Below are positions 9,501-17,332 of a DNA stretch of 64,000 nucleotides, one piece after another (the stretch's first letter is position 1; each line of letters starts with the position of its first letter). The position numbers and the translations under genes are program-made. A model generated the notes under the pieces. That model ran no database searches and had not been told where the DNA came from. It was given only the letters and a program-made list of their open reading frames with translations. Origin of the DNA: Planctomycetes bacterium UBA1146 (GTDB taxonomy: Bacteria > Planctomycetota > UBA8108). The stretch lies in contig CAUZHA010000007.1 in assembly GCA_963579555.1 (NCBI GenBank), positions 3,233 through 67,232 of the forward strand, in the 5' to 3' direction.

Positions 9501-11928
9501 CCTTTGATTTTCCATTTTTTTTGAGGAAGAGGCCAAGGCCGATATTCGCGCTGACCTTTCGCGCCGGATTGTTTTCAACTCGAGTACGAATCTTCAGGAG
9601 CTCTTCAGCCCGGCCGGGCTCGGCTTCTCGAGCCAGCTGTTCCAAGGTCTCGGCGGTGGCCAGCTGGATCCTGTCGAGCTCGGAATTGGCCGGAGGCGGA
9701 CTGGGCTTCGTCGCTGTCCAGGATTTCAGGGTGTCGATTCCCGCCTCCAGGTCGCCTGACCGTAACCTCAGCCGGGCGAGTTCCAGCAGGTCGCGGGAGT
9801 CTCTCTTCTCTTTTTTCTCGAGCCGATCAAGATCGCTCCGCAGGTCGCTGTAGGCTACGAATCCCCCGGGGTGGATCACCACGAGGCGATTTTCAGCCAG
9901 CAGCATATTTCCGCCGGCCTCGGGGAAATCCCAGAGATCGCGTGATAGCAGTTTTCCGTCGAGAGCTGAGAGCTGCAGCAGCGAGCGTCTGCTGCTCAGC
10001 AGAATCCTGCCGCCGACAAGGAGGCCTCGTCCCTGGGGGTGGGTGCTCGGGTCAAGCTCGAAGCTCCAGAGGGTCTTTCCACGAACGGCATCCGAAAGCC
10101 CGACAGCGCTGACCCTGGATCCTGCGAGAAAACAGGCGGTATGGTTTCGGCCGATGAGGCTTGAGTGTTCTTCCCGCGAACAGCTCCAGATGGTCGTTCC
10201 ATCGGAGGCGCGAATTGAAAGGAGCCGGGTGGAGTCCTGCGGCGCCGCGATGACATCGCCGTTTCCGGCCGGGATGAGAGCGTTCGGATGCCAGCGGTTC
10301 TCATCTCGAATCGACTCCTTGAGACCGCTGGGGGAGAGAGTGTCGTATTCCTTAATCCAGGCGATCGTTCCGTCCTCAGCGTCTACGCTGGAGATAAATC
10401 CATGGTTGGCCAGGTAGAGAACGTTTTGTTCGATGACCAGGGGAGGCGAGGGGGTTGATCCCAGTCCCAGGAAGTCAGCGTTATCTTTGCTTCCGAGGTA
10501 GGTTTTCCACAGCAGCTCGCCTTCTCCATCCATCCGCACCAGGTAGCAGAGGATCTGTTTTTCAGCCCTGACGTTGATCGGGAGGATGAGTCCGCCTCGA
10601 TGGGGCGTACCCGCGGCGGGAGCTATGCCCCGGGCCGCCTTCTTGTCGTCACCTCCGGCTTCTCGAAGAGCGCCTGTCGACAGGGTGAGCTCCTGCGTCT
10701 CAGGTTCGTAGATGAATTCGCGTCTCCATACGAGCTCTCCCGTTTCGAGAGCCAGGGCCTGGAGGGTGTTTCCATGAACGGCAAAGCAGGTCTCCCGGTT
10801 GCTTACGGGCGCGCCCGGCTGGAGGTAGCCAGTAGTCCGCGGCCCCAGCGCCGCCTGCCAGCGAGGTTTTCCTGAGGAGAGGTCTAAGGCGGTCAGCTGC
10901 CGTTCATGTTGCAGCAGAGCCATTCCGGATGCGAGGGTCGGATGGTAGGGGATCGGGATATCGATTCCACCCTGGTCAGCTCCATCTCGGGCCGTTCTTC
11001 GCTCGCCTACGAACCGTTGGAAGTCCTCTTCGCTTGACTGTTGCCGCCACAGGACCCCACCAGGCCTGAAGCTCTCCTGTGGAGAGCGAATACCGCGGCT
11101 GTAGGAGACCGGATCGAGGAATGGACTGAGGGTCGGGCCGGGCGTGCGGGAGGGCTGTCCGATGGATGCGGGGGATATTTTCAGCAGGCCGGCAATGGCG
11201 GTTTCGAGCTGCGGGGCTCGAGCTTCGGCGGGGTTCGCGGCCAGGATTTCCTTCAGCTGTTCCTGGTGGCGGGAGAAGGCGGTTGCATCAGCGAGCGCCA
11301 GGTCCGCCTGCAGGGCTGATATGAGGCCCCTGGCTTTTTCCTGTGGAGAGAGCCCTGTGATTCCTCCCGCTCCAGGCCGGAGCAGGCGCCTGCTCCAGCG
11401 GCTTGCGGCAGGCCAGTCTCCCTGAAGTATTCTGTAGCCGATCTCTTCCCGCAGGACCACGTCCGCGGTCTTCGATTCGGGGAAATCTCTCAGGATCCGG
11501 TGTCGCAGCAATGCACGGGAACGATCTGTTAGAATCTCCTCGGTGTCCTCCGAATAGAGGCTCCAGAGTCCCTTCAGGGCGGCGTCAACGCGTTTCCCCA
11601 GCCGCTGCCGCCATTGCGTCGGAAGGAGGTGCCTGAAACGTTCAAGGGCCTTTCTGACACCCAGCGAGACACCCGCATCGTTTGATACCACCAGGTTGAT
11701 GGAGGGCTTGTCGAGCAGTCCAATCCAGGTTTCGAGTCCTTCGGTAACACTCTTCCAATCTTTCTCGGCCGAGCGTTCCTGCAGCTCTTGCCAGAGCACC
11801 TGGAAGTCCTGCGAGGTGGGTGGAAAGAGCCCCGATGATTCGTCCTGCTGCGACTTGAGCAGACCGCCGGGAGCGAAGGCCAGAAGCGCCGCGCAAAGCG
11901 TCAGGGCTGAATTGCTGGGTACTCGCAT
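6538..11928 (-). CDS. Giant (1796 aa) secreted PQQ-like beta-propeller repeat / TPR-like protein with C-terminal CBM9-like (DOMON-like) domain
   Basis: Signal peptide (LTLCAALLAFAP). Multiple PQQ/BamB-like blades (e.g. LYCFGHDGAELWRKEL, GTIAWIKEYD, GELLWKTYLG) in two clusters. Helical/TPR-like middle. C-terminus IDGRLEDSWSYAHRV...YFYFALDVEDD...GDCLLIGLDPDGDGG...YEVALPW is CBM9-like and carries a poly-acidic insertion. Confidence 0.8.
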   Translation of the reverse strand: MRVPSNSALTLCAALLAFAPGGLLKSQQDESSGLFPPTSQDFQVLWQELQERSAEKDWKSVTEGLETWIGLLDKPSINLVVSNDAGVSLGVRKALERFRHLLPTQWRQRLGKRVDAALKGLWSLYSEDTEEILTDRSRALLRHRILRDFPESKTADVVLREEIGYRILQGDWPAASRWSRRLLRPGAGGITGLSPQEKARGLISALQADLALADATAFSRHQEQLKEILAANPAEARAPQLETAIAGLLKISPASIGQPSRTPGPTLSPFLDPVSYSRGIRSPQESFRPGGVLWRQQSSEEDFQRFVGERRTARDGADQGGIDIPIPYHPTLASGMALLQHERQLTALDLSSGKPRWQAALGPRTTGYLQPGAPVSNRETCFAVHGNTLQALALETGELVWRREFIYEPETQELTLSTGALREAGGDDKKAARGIAPAAGTPHRGGLILPINVRAEKQILCYLVRMDGEGELLWKTYLGSKDNADFLGLGSTPSPPLVIEQNVLYLANHGFISSVDAEDGTIAWIKEYDTLSPSGLKESIRDENRWHPNALIPAGNGDVIAAPQDSTRLLSIRASDGTTIWSCSREEHSSLIGRNHTACFLAGSRVSAVGLSDAVRGKTLWSFELDPSTHPQGRGLLVGGRILLSSRRSLLQLSALDGKLLSRDLWDFPEAGGNMLLAENRLVVIHPGGFVAYSDLRSDLDRLEKKEKRDSRDLLELARLRLRSGDLEAGIDTLKSWTATKPSPPPANSELDRIQLATAETLEQLAREAEPGRAEELLKIRTRVENNPARKVSANIGLGLFLKKNGKSKGSLAAFHDALSFDVERPATDKSRLPGIPGNKSVYRVDGFLQIPAEEFIRSEIRSLRKSVPKPGEVFQETESKAAVQLRAARKSGEIYGLQETIRLYPFTEAAAAAYKKLAISYLDRGNSIRAARTLLGYVDDYPLRFDTVRTALRAAQMFYGAGKRAKTRALYEELLATHPDKRVEPIPGMDASDTVGSYIRRRLADPGLVELRPGDNQLLHTPLRMTWRSPADLLSPEKIFLEPEGERPESCKNSFFTQASEILECRDVSTGIPSWTINLSMIPGYIIDPIQYRNFRFARSGDKELRGVFAGKLLILHDHRNLFAVDHQQGKVRWSIPLGGNTKKLPRAEQPVFRQLSERIRGCLVTADRVYVSSSHRQLYCFGHDGAELWRKELKFDPAQARPALAGGEVFVLNQRDLGYGALAAKDGARRKSFQLPLAYDSSRRVGDPVQLGNGLCLLPLTSAVLLLDLAHRTVLWGFEPSEGTIEQIAHSAEAPDEVIAVLARDGGTPALAGLSIENGRREWIYEKFGKEPSYFSIFRDGRQLFVIHGSDRLKLLALEVRRIPGTRGMNVSSLWPQKEIHLGTYLGRMRSRHLHILENAIIFPDPGQTISIYDRVKGTLLRAVEPNPLSSFLTEKRSYRSAVASGHLVLLTDGGGCGMTGAAFPDQPNAARKRMGLLSVYLKDRTEPKAVIDLALAYFQAGDYPSAVTLLDRTLKSEALLSSDNTKGREDIAYLLEGIKQEAMKHTQPREITARRLQLPPVIDGRLEDSWSYAHRVLLTAPRNLNLIPAPGLNRQWEGEEDLSAILYTGWDESYFYFALDVEDDILRAYDREAENWKGDCLLIGLDPDGDGGYRQGSDDQLMTLGLTIPKRRKEAKEQERAEGEQEGGLDEENEEEEDNEPQGLFSVKKKPDSSGAIYEVALPWTSFPLFKNGSPPPVGFNFGLSLLLTDDDTGRGATKTLSINPCHLIPRKQRNVWIWRFMIPEFFPRVKLR

Positions 11929-12062
11929 GAATCCCGGGGGCTTCCTGGTAAAAGTGGCCGATTTGCGGCTTCAAACCGAATCAGAACGCACATTTTTTAT
12001 AGGGAGCGTTGTCCCGGCCGTCAAGTCCTGCCTGTGGATCAGGAATATGTTTCCCGGAAGTC

Positions 12063-13019
12063 TCAGGTGCTGAGGTCAACGTCCAGGGAGTGCGAGACGG
12101 CATTGTCGACGACCGTCTGCCGTTCTCGGCGGGGACTGTTGTAGACATGACTGAATACGGCTGAGAGGGTCTCGACGGGCTGGTTTCCTTTTCCCGGGAG
12201 CGACAGGTCTTTGTAGAAGAGCATTAGAACGAGGTCTTCACCCGGCTCTCCGTTGAAGGGGATATTCAGCACGCCGGACCAGCCCGCGCCCGGCGCCCGC
12301 GGCGATCGGTCCTGTGCGTCGGAGCGCCAGAGGCTGCGGGGGGCTTCCATATCGATGGATCCCCAGCTCTGGAGGCATTGCCAGGCGCCGCCGTCCATTT
12401 TACGGCTGACCAGAGCCGCATTCGCTCCGAAACCCCGCTCAAGGGTTTTCCAGGCAAGCTCCTGGCCTTCCTGTGATCGCAATCGGCTGCCGGCGAGACC
12501 GGCAAGTGTTTCGAGGAGCTCGCTCCGGGACAGCTCTCTTCGGTCGGGCCTTTCGGGCTTTGATTCTTCAGGCGCTGCGCAGGCGGGAGGTGCCTTGCCG
12601 CCGCCAGCGGCCATTACCGAGTTGACTGTTTTCAGCAGGTCCTCTTCAAAGTCGAGGATGGGCTTGGTTATGTAGTCCATCGCGCCAAGGCGAAGAGCCT
12701 CGAAGGCGTTGTCCATGCTGTTGCAGCCGGTCGCTATAATGACCTGGACGGCCGGGTCGACCCTCTTCAGCTCACGGAGGACTTCGAGTCCATGCATTCC
12801 GGGCATGACGAGGTCCAACAGTACGAGGTCGATGTCATCGCCCTGCCGCGCGAATATATTCAGGGCCTCGCCGCCGCTCGCAGCGGCGGAAACCTCAAAA
12901 CCGTTGCTCTCAAAGTAGAGTCCCAGGGCGTCCCGGATAAAGGCCTCATCATCGACCAGGAGAATGTGGGGCAGCCTTCCATCACCATTCACCGCGCTTT
13001 TCCCCGGTCTCCGTTTCAT
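12063..13019 (-). CDS. Response regulator: N-terminal receiver domain + ~190-aa C-terminal domain of unknown family
   Basis: ILLVDDEAFIRD...DLVLLDLVMPGMHG...VIIATG...DYITKP has all the receiver hallmarks (DD, D, T, K). Start chosen at MKRRPG, where ATG overlaps the stop of the upstream kinase (ATGA at 13016-13019). The C-terminal half has no recognisable output-domain motif. Confidence 0.8.
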   Translation of the reverse strand: MKRRPGKSAVNGDGRLPHILLVDDEAFIRDALGLYFESNGFEVSAAASGGEALNIFARQGDDIDLVLLDLVMPGMHGLEVLRELKRVDPAVQVIIATGCNSMDNAFEALRLGAMDYITKPILDFEEDLLKTVNSVMAAGGGKAPPACAAPEESKPERPDRRELSRSELLETLAGLAGSRLRSQEGQELAWKTLERGFGANAALVSRKMDGGAWQCLQSWGSIDMEAPRSLWRSDAQDRSPRAPGAGWSGVLNIPFNGEPGEDLVLMLFYKDLSLPGKGNQPVETLSAVFSHVYNSPRRERQTVVDNAVSHSLDVDLST

Positions 13020-14575
13020 GCCTCTACCGCCATGTTGAGGATTGTCGAGAGGTCGTCGAGCTTGAATGGCTTGAGCAGGTGGGAGTGGCAGCTTTCGAGG
13101 ATCTCTTCGGGGAGGCTCTCCGCCAGATTGCCTGTACAAAGGATGATCCTGGCCCGGGGGGCCACCTGCTTGAGCTGGCGGAAGGTGTCGATTCCGTCGC
13201 TGGAGTTTTTCATGCAGATGTCGAGGATGATGAAGTCGAAGTCCCGGGTACGGCAGATCTCGATGGCCTCTTCGCCCGTGGATCGGCAGACGACATTGTC
13301 GGTTCCGAGGAAGTCGCTGAGCATCTCCCTGATCTGCTCTTCATCGTCGATGACCAGGATTCGGTGGTTCCCCTCACGGTTTTCCAGCGCGGCCGGGTCG
13401 CCGGAAGCCGCTGGAACGGCTCCGCCGGCCGCCTGCTCGAAGACCGGCAACGTGATCGAGAAGGTCGTGCCCATGCCTGGAGCGCTATCCACGGTGATCC
13501 GGCCGCCCCGCGACTGGATGATGTTGTAGCAGACCGACAGTCCGAGCCCGGTGCCTTCCTGCCGCCCGCCTCCGAGCGCTCCCTTCGTGGTGAAGAAGGG
13601 GTCGAAGATCCTGTTCAGGTTCTCTTTAGGGATGCCGGAGCCCGTATCGCCAACGGTGATCTCTATCATCTTTTCAGGCCCGGATCTTTTTACGGACAGT
13701 GTGATTTCCCCCCGGGCCTCAATCGCATGGATTCCATTGATGAGGAGATTCAGGATGACCTCCTGCAGCTGTCCGGAGCCGATGGCGGCGGTGGGGACCT
13801 CCTGGATATCGAGTGAGATCTCGATGCCATTGGATTCGGCCTCTTTCTTGATGAGGCAGAGAGCGCCGTGGATGACATCCTGGACATCGCAGGCGGGGTT
13901 TTCTTCTCCTCTGCGGTTGTAGGATGAGAGACTTCCGGTCAACTCCTGCGCCCTCTGGGCCTGGGTGAGAGCCACCTCTACCAGCTGCGGCATATACTTG
14001 GGGTTCTTCTTGGCGAGCTGGGCGTACCCTGAGATTCCGGCCATGATGTTGTTAAACTCATGGGCGATTCCCGATGCGAGGAGTCCGATGGTGGCGATCT
14101 TCTCGGTTCGTACCAGCTCGTACTGTGATTCGACCAGCTGGCGGTTGCGCTCGGTGAGCTCATCTGTGGCGCTCTTCAGGCGCAGTGAGGAGCGGATCCT
14201 CGCCAGCAGTTCGGGGTGCTTGAACGGTTTCGGGATGAAGTCGTCGGCGCCGGCGTCGAGGCCTTCGATCCGGTTGTCGACCGAGCCCTGCCCAGTCACC
14301 AGGAGAATCATTATTCCCCGAGTGGCCGCGTCGCTTTTCAGTTTCCTGCAGACCTCGATCCCATCCACTCCGGGCAGAATCCAGTCGAGCAGGATGAGGT
14401 CCGGTTTTTTCAGGCGAGCGATCTCCAGGGCATCCTCTCCGCTCATCGCGGTCAGTGTTGAGTAGCCCTGCAGCTCGAGGAGACGGGAGATCGCTCCGAG
14501 GAGTTCTTCGTTGTCGTCAACGATCAGGATCGTTCCCGGCTCGGCGGCCTGGTTTTCTTTTACAGTTTCGGTCAT
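13016..14575 (-). CDS. Hybrid sensor histidine kinase, REC-HisKA-HATPase_c-REC, no transmembrane or sensor domain
   Basis: N-REC (ILIVDDNEELL...DLILLDWILPGVDG...FIPKPF). H-box IAHEFNNIMAGISGY. ATP-lid/G-boxes (ITVGDTGSGIP...GTGLGLSV...GGRITVDSAPGMGTTFSITLP). C-REC (ILVIDDEEQIRE...FIILDICM...ILCTGN...LLKPF). Confidence 0.9.
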   Translation of the reverse strand: MTETVKENQAAEPGTILIVDDNEELLGAISRLLELQGYSTLTAMSGEDALEIARLKKPDLILLDWILPGVDGIEVCRKLKSDAATRGIMILLVTGQGSVDNRIEGLDAGADDFIPKPFKHPELLARIRSSLRLKSATDELTERNRQLVESQYELVRTEKIATIGLLASGIAHEFNNIMAGISGYAQLAKKNPKYMPQLVEVALTQAQRAQELTGSLSSYNRRGEENPACDVQDVIHGALCLIKKEAESNGIEISLDIQEVPTAAIGSGQLQEVILNLLINGIHAIEARGEITLSVKRSGPEKMIEITVGDTGSGIPKENLNRIFDPFFTTKGALGGGRQEGTGLGLSVCYNIIQSRGGRITVDSAPGMGTTFSITLPVFEQAAGGAVPAASGDPAALENREGNHRILVIDDEEQIREMLSDFLGTDNVVCRSTGEEAIEICRTRDFDFIILDICMKNSSDGIDTFRQLKQVAPRARIILCTGNLAESLPEEILESCHSHLLKPFKLDDLSTILNMAVEA

Positions 14576-15183
14576 GCGCTTTCATCTCCGGCCGGCTGGG
14601 CTTCTGTCTCTTCACGGCTGAAGTTCAGATTCGAGTCCAGGGTCTCCAGCAGCACGTTGGCATTGGTGATGACGTGCTCTACGTCCTTGCGGACAGCAGC
14701 CGTCAGGTGCTCGTCCATCAGGATCAACTCGGCGTAGCAGAAGACCGCGTTGAGGGGATTTTTCAGGCTGTGGGCAAGGCTCCTCATGCTCTCGCGGTGA
14801 CGGAGCTCCTGGTGCGAGGGATCAAGCAGGATAGACTGCCATCTCGTCATCGCCCGGATGCGGCAGTCCAGCTCCTCCCGTCTTCCCGGGAGTACGACAA
14901 AATCCGTGGCTCCGTTTTCAATCCAGAGCCTGCCCTCTTTCTTGTCGCTTACCACGGCCAGGGTCAAGGGGGGAAGCCCGTCTCTTTCAAGGAGGCTATC
15001 CAGGTCTCCAATCCTGACAAGGTCTGCATCGAGCACGATGCAGAGCGAGGAGGATGCTTGCCGGCGACTTCCCAGCAGGCTTTCGATGCTGCTGTATTCG
15101 TGTACCTGCAGCGAGCGAAGCAGACTGCTGGCCGATCGTAGCCGGCCGGCCGGATCGATCAGGGCTAGTATTCTATCCTTCAT
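14572..15183 (-). CDS. Pseudo-receiver + HisKA-only protein (candidate histidine phosphotransferase, ChpT/Spo0B-like)
   Basis: Receiver-like N-half with degenerate positions (single D in beta1; VLP replaces the T-K-P lysine). C-half carries an H-box (SLAHSLKNPLNAVFCYAELI) but no N/G1/G2 ATPase boxes. Stop overlaps the kinase start (ATGA at 14572-14575). Confidence 0.6.
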   Translation of the reverse strand: MKDRILALIDPAGRLRSASSLLRSLQVHEYSSIESLLGSRRQASSSLCIVLDADLVRIGDLDSLLERDGLPPLTLAVVSDKKEGRLWIENGATDFVVLPGRREELDCRIRAMTRWQSILLDPSHQELRHRESMRSLAHSLKNPLNAVFCYAELILMDEHLTAAVRKDVEHVITNANVLLETLDSNLNFSREETEAQPAGDESA

Positions 15184-15372
15184 GACTTTTTCCCCTGTAT
15201 GTCAATGCACACAAAGAAGATAGCGGTTTTGACAGAAGCTCCCCCGGGACCGGTCGACCCACCCGATTTCCCTGCAGAGAAGATTACGATGCAGAGAATA
15301 TCGGGGCAAAAGGGGGCCTGTAGGGCTTGAGCAGGGCTCCAGGGGCGGTTTACCGGCCCCTCGATCGCTCAC

Positions 15373-16377
15373 TCAGAGCAGTGCCTGGAAGTCTGGCGGC
15401 AGAGGAGCGGCCAATTTGATGTCCTGTTTCAGGCGCGGATGCCAGAAACGGATGGATTCAGAGTGCAGCAGGTAGCGAAGAGGCCAGTCCCGGCGTTCCG
15501 GTCGCTCCCCTGGAGAATCGCCTCCGTAGCGCTCGTCTCCCGCGATCGGATGACCCACAGCCGCCAGGTGGACGCGGATCTGGTTCTGTCGTCCCGTGCA
15601 GGGAACACAGCGAAGCAGGGTGTGATCCTCATAGCTAGCGAGCACGGTAACGAGTGTCCGAGAGTCTTTCAGGGGTTCCTGCTCGAGGGCGGATTTCAGG
15701 CAGCGGCCCTCACCGATCGGTATGTCAATCTCGTTGCGGTCGGGCGGGAAGAGCCCATTGGCAAGAGCCAGGTAGCTCTTTGACACGGACCGTTTTTCAA
15801 ACTGCTGCTGTACGTTCCGGTGGACATAGTTTTTTTTCCCGACGACAACCACTCCCGTGGTGTCCCGGTCCAGCCGGTGACAGAGCTTTGGAATCACCTC
15901 TTCTTTACCGGCATCGGTGGAGTGATAGCGGTGATGGAGATAGTTGATCAAGGTGTCGTAGACATGGCGGCCAACCGGATGTACGAGCATTCCAGACGGC
16001 TTGTTGACCACCACGAGCCATTCGTCTTCGTAGATGATGTCGAGCTTGCGCTCAGAATAGTCATCAGGCAGTCCGAGGCCGCTCGACAGGCGTATCTCGA
16101 CCACATCATCAAAATGTACGCGTCGGCTGGCCTTGGTCTTTTCACCGTTTACAGTCACCCGGCCATCCTTGATGAGACCCTGGAGACGGCTGCGTGATTT
16201 CCAGGCGAGGTTGCTGACAAGAAAGCTGTCGAGGCGCTGGGGCTCTCCTGTCTTGACCACCATCGCGAGGTGGTTTCTCTCCTCTGAGAGGTTTCTTCCT
16301 CGGCCGATCAAGAACTCTTCTCCAGGGAAGGTCTGCCGACACTTTCGCCTGAGGGAGATGGTCGCTCCGGAAGACAC
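15373..16377 (-). CDS. rluD: RluA-family 23S rRNA pseudouridine synthase (RluD/RluC-like) with N-terminal S4 domain; likely start at internal Met 16263
   Basis: S4-like RLDSFLVSNLAWKSRSRLQGLIKDGRVTVNG. Catalytic motif HRLDRDTTGVVVVGK. The first ~38 codons of the longest ORF look non-coding. Confidence 0.85.
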   Translation of the reverse strand: MSSGATISLRRKCRQTFPGEEFLIGRGRNLSEERNHLAMVVKTGEPQRLDSFLVSNLAWKSRSRLQGLIKDGRVTVNGEKTKASRRVHFDDVVEIRLSSGLGLPDDYSERKLDIIYEDEWLVVVNKPSGMLVHPVGRHVYDTLINYLHHRYHSTDAGKEEVIPKLCHRLDRDTTGVVVVGKKNYVHRNVQQQFEKRSVSKSYLALANGLFPPDRNEIDIPIGEGRCLKSALEQEPLKDSRTLVTVLASYEDHTLLRCVPCTGRQNQIRVHLAAVGHPIAGDERYGGDSPGERPERRDWPLRYLLHSESIRFWHPRLKQDIKLAAPLPPDFQALL

Positions 16378-16401
16378 GCGTTCAATTCAGTTCTGGTCAC
16401 G

Positions 16402-16878
16402 TTAGGTCCGAAGGGCAAGAACAAAGGGTTTGTAACTGTAGGGAATACCGTATCGTTTCGCCAACTCCCTGATCTCAGCATGGTATTTCTCGTAGATTGC
16501 CTGCAATTGCTCCGCGAAGTTTCCATCGCAAAAATAGGTACGGCAGCCGAGCGGCCTCCTCTCCCGCTCTACGCAGCGGCCATCTTCCCAGAAGGGGCAG
16601 AGTGCATTGTTGGGAGGGAAAGTCTCGGGATGTTTTTCCCTGACGTATTCAAGCTCCAGGCTGGAGGCGAAGAGAGTGTGGTCGACTTTCTCAAAATCAC
16701 AGCAATCTCCGCGCAGCCAGCACTCGACTCCGCTCTCGCTGATCTCTTTGTCTACACGCCGATAGAGCTTTTCGAGAGCATCGAAAGCTTCGGCAGGCGG
16801 TAGGGCTTTCGGTTCTTCCTGTTGGTTCGGATGGCTCGATTTTTGAGTCATAAACCTGATTATGTGCTTTTTCGCCAA
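16402..16878 (-). CDS. YkgJ-family (UPF0153) cysteine-cluster protein (putative Zn/Fe-chelating domain)
   Basis: CWLRGDCCDF...CPFWEDGRCVERERRPLGCRTYFC matches the YkgJ pattern (Cys cluster, then C.f...g.C.iYe.RP..Cr.y). Confidence 0.55.
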   Translation of the reverse strand: MAKKHIIRFMTQKSSHPNQQEEPKALPPAEAFDALEKLYRRVDKEISESGVECWLRGDCCDFEKVDHTLFASSLELEYVREKHPETFPPNNALCPFWEDGRCVERERRPLGCRTYFCDGNFAEQLQAIYEKYHAEIRELAKRYGIPYSYKPFVLALRT

Positions 16879-17332
16879 CCTATGAAAGAAGGAGTCATTA
16901 AATGAATAGTGTTGGATGTCAGGATATCTGACAGGTGACCGGGCGATGCCGCTTCTGCTCCTGTAGCACTATCTCCATTCAATACAAAGGTTTAGGGATA
17001 ATAATTGAGAGATGGAACAGTGGTTGCATATTTGTTTCTATCGAGCCCTAGGCCTTATTCAGCCAGGATGGGTTCCAGCACCCGACAGATTTCGGGATTT
17101 ACCTATTTCTATTTAAGTTATCGGCTCATTTATTCCGAAAATATATAGAGTGTAGCAGTCTTTTTTGCCGCGATGGCTCAATTGGTTGGAGGAGTCCTTG
17201 ATAGGGCAACGATCATCGCTGAGGAGAAAGCTTTATTGTTTCTTACAGTGCATCACCTGCACTGTTTGCTGTTGGTGCATCATCGTGCAAGCCTCCCCCT
17301 GGCAGGGGTTCGAGCGCGAGGGTGTTTCCATA

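Noticed and set aside
17165-17332. First 56 codons of the longest CHAT-protein ORF
   Set aside because: They lie in an AT-rich promoter-like region with Cys/Trp-rich nonsense translation. The Met at 17333 is the more plausible start.
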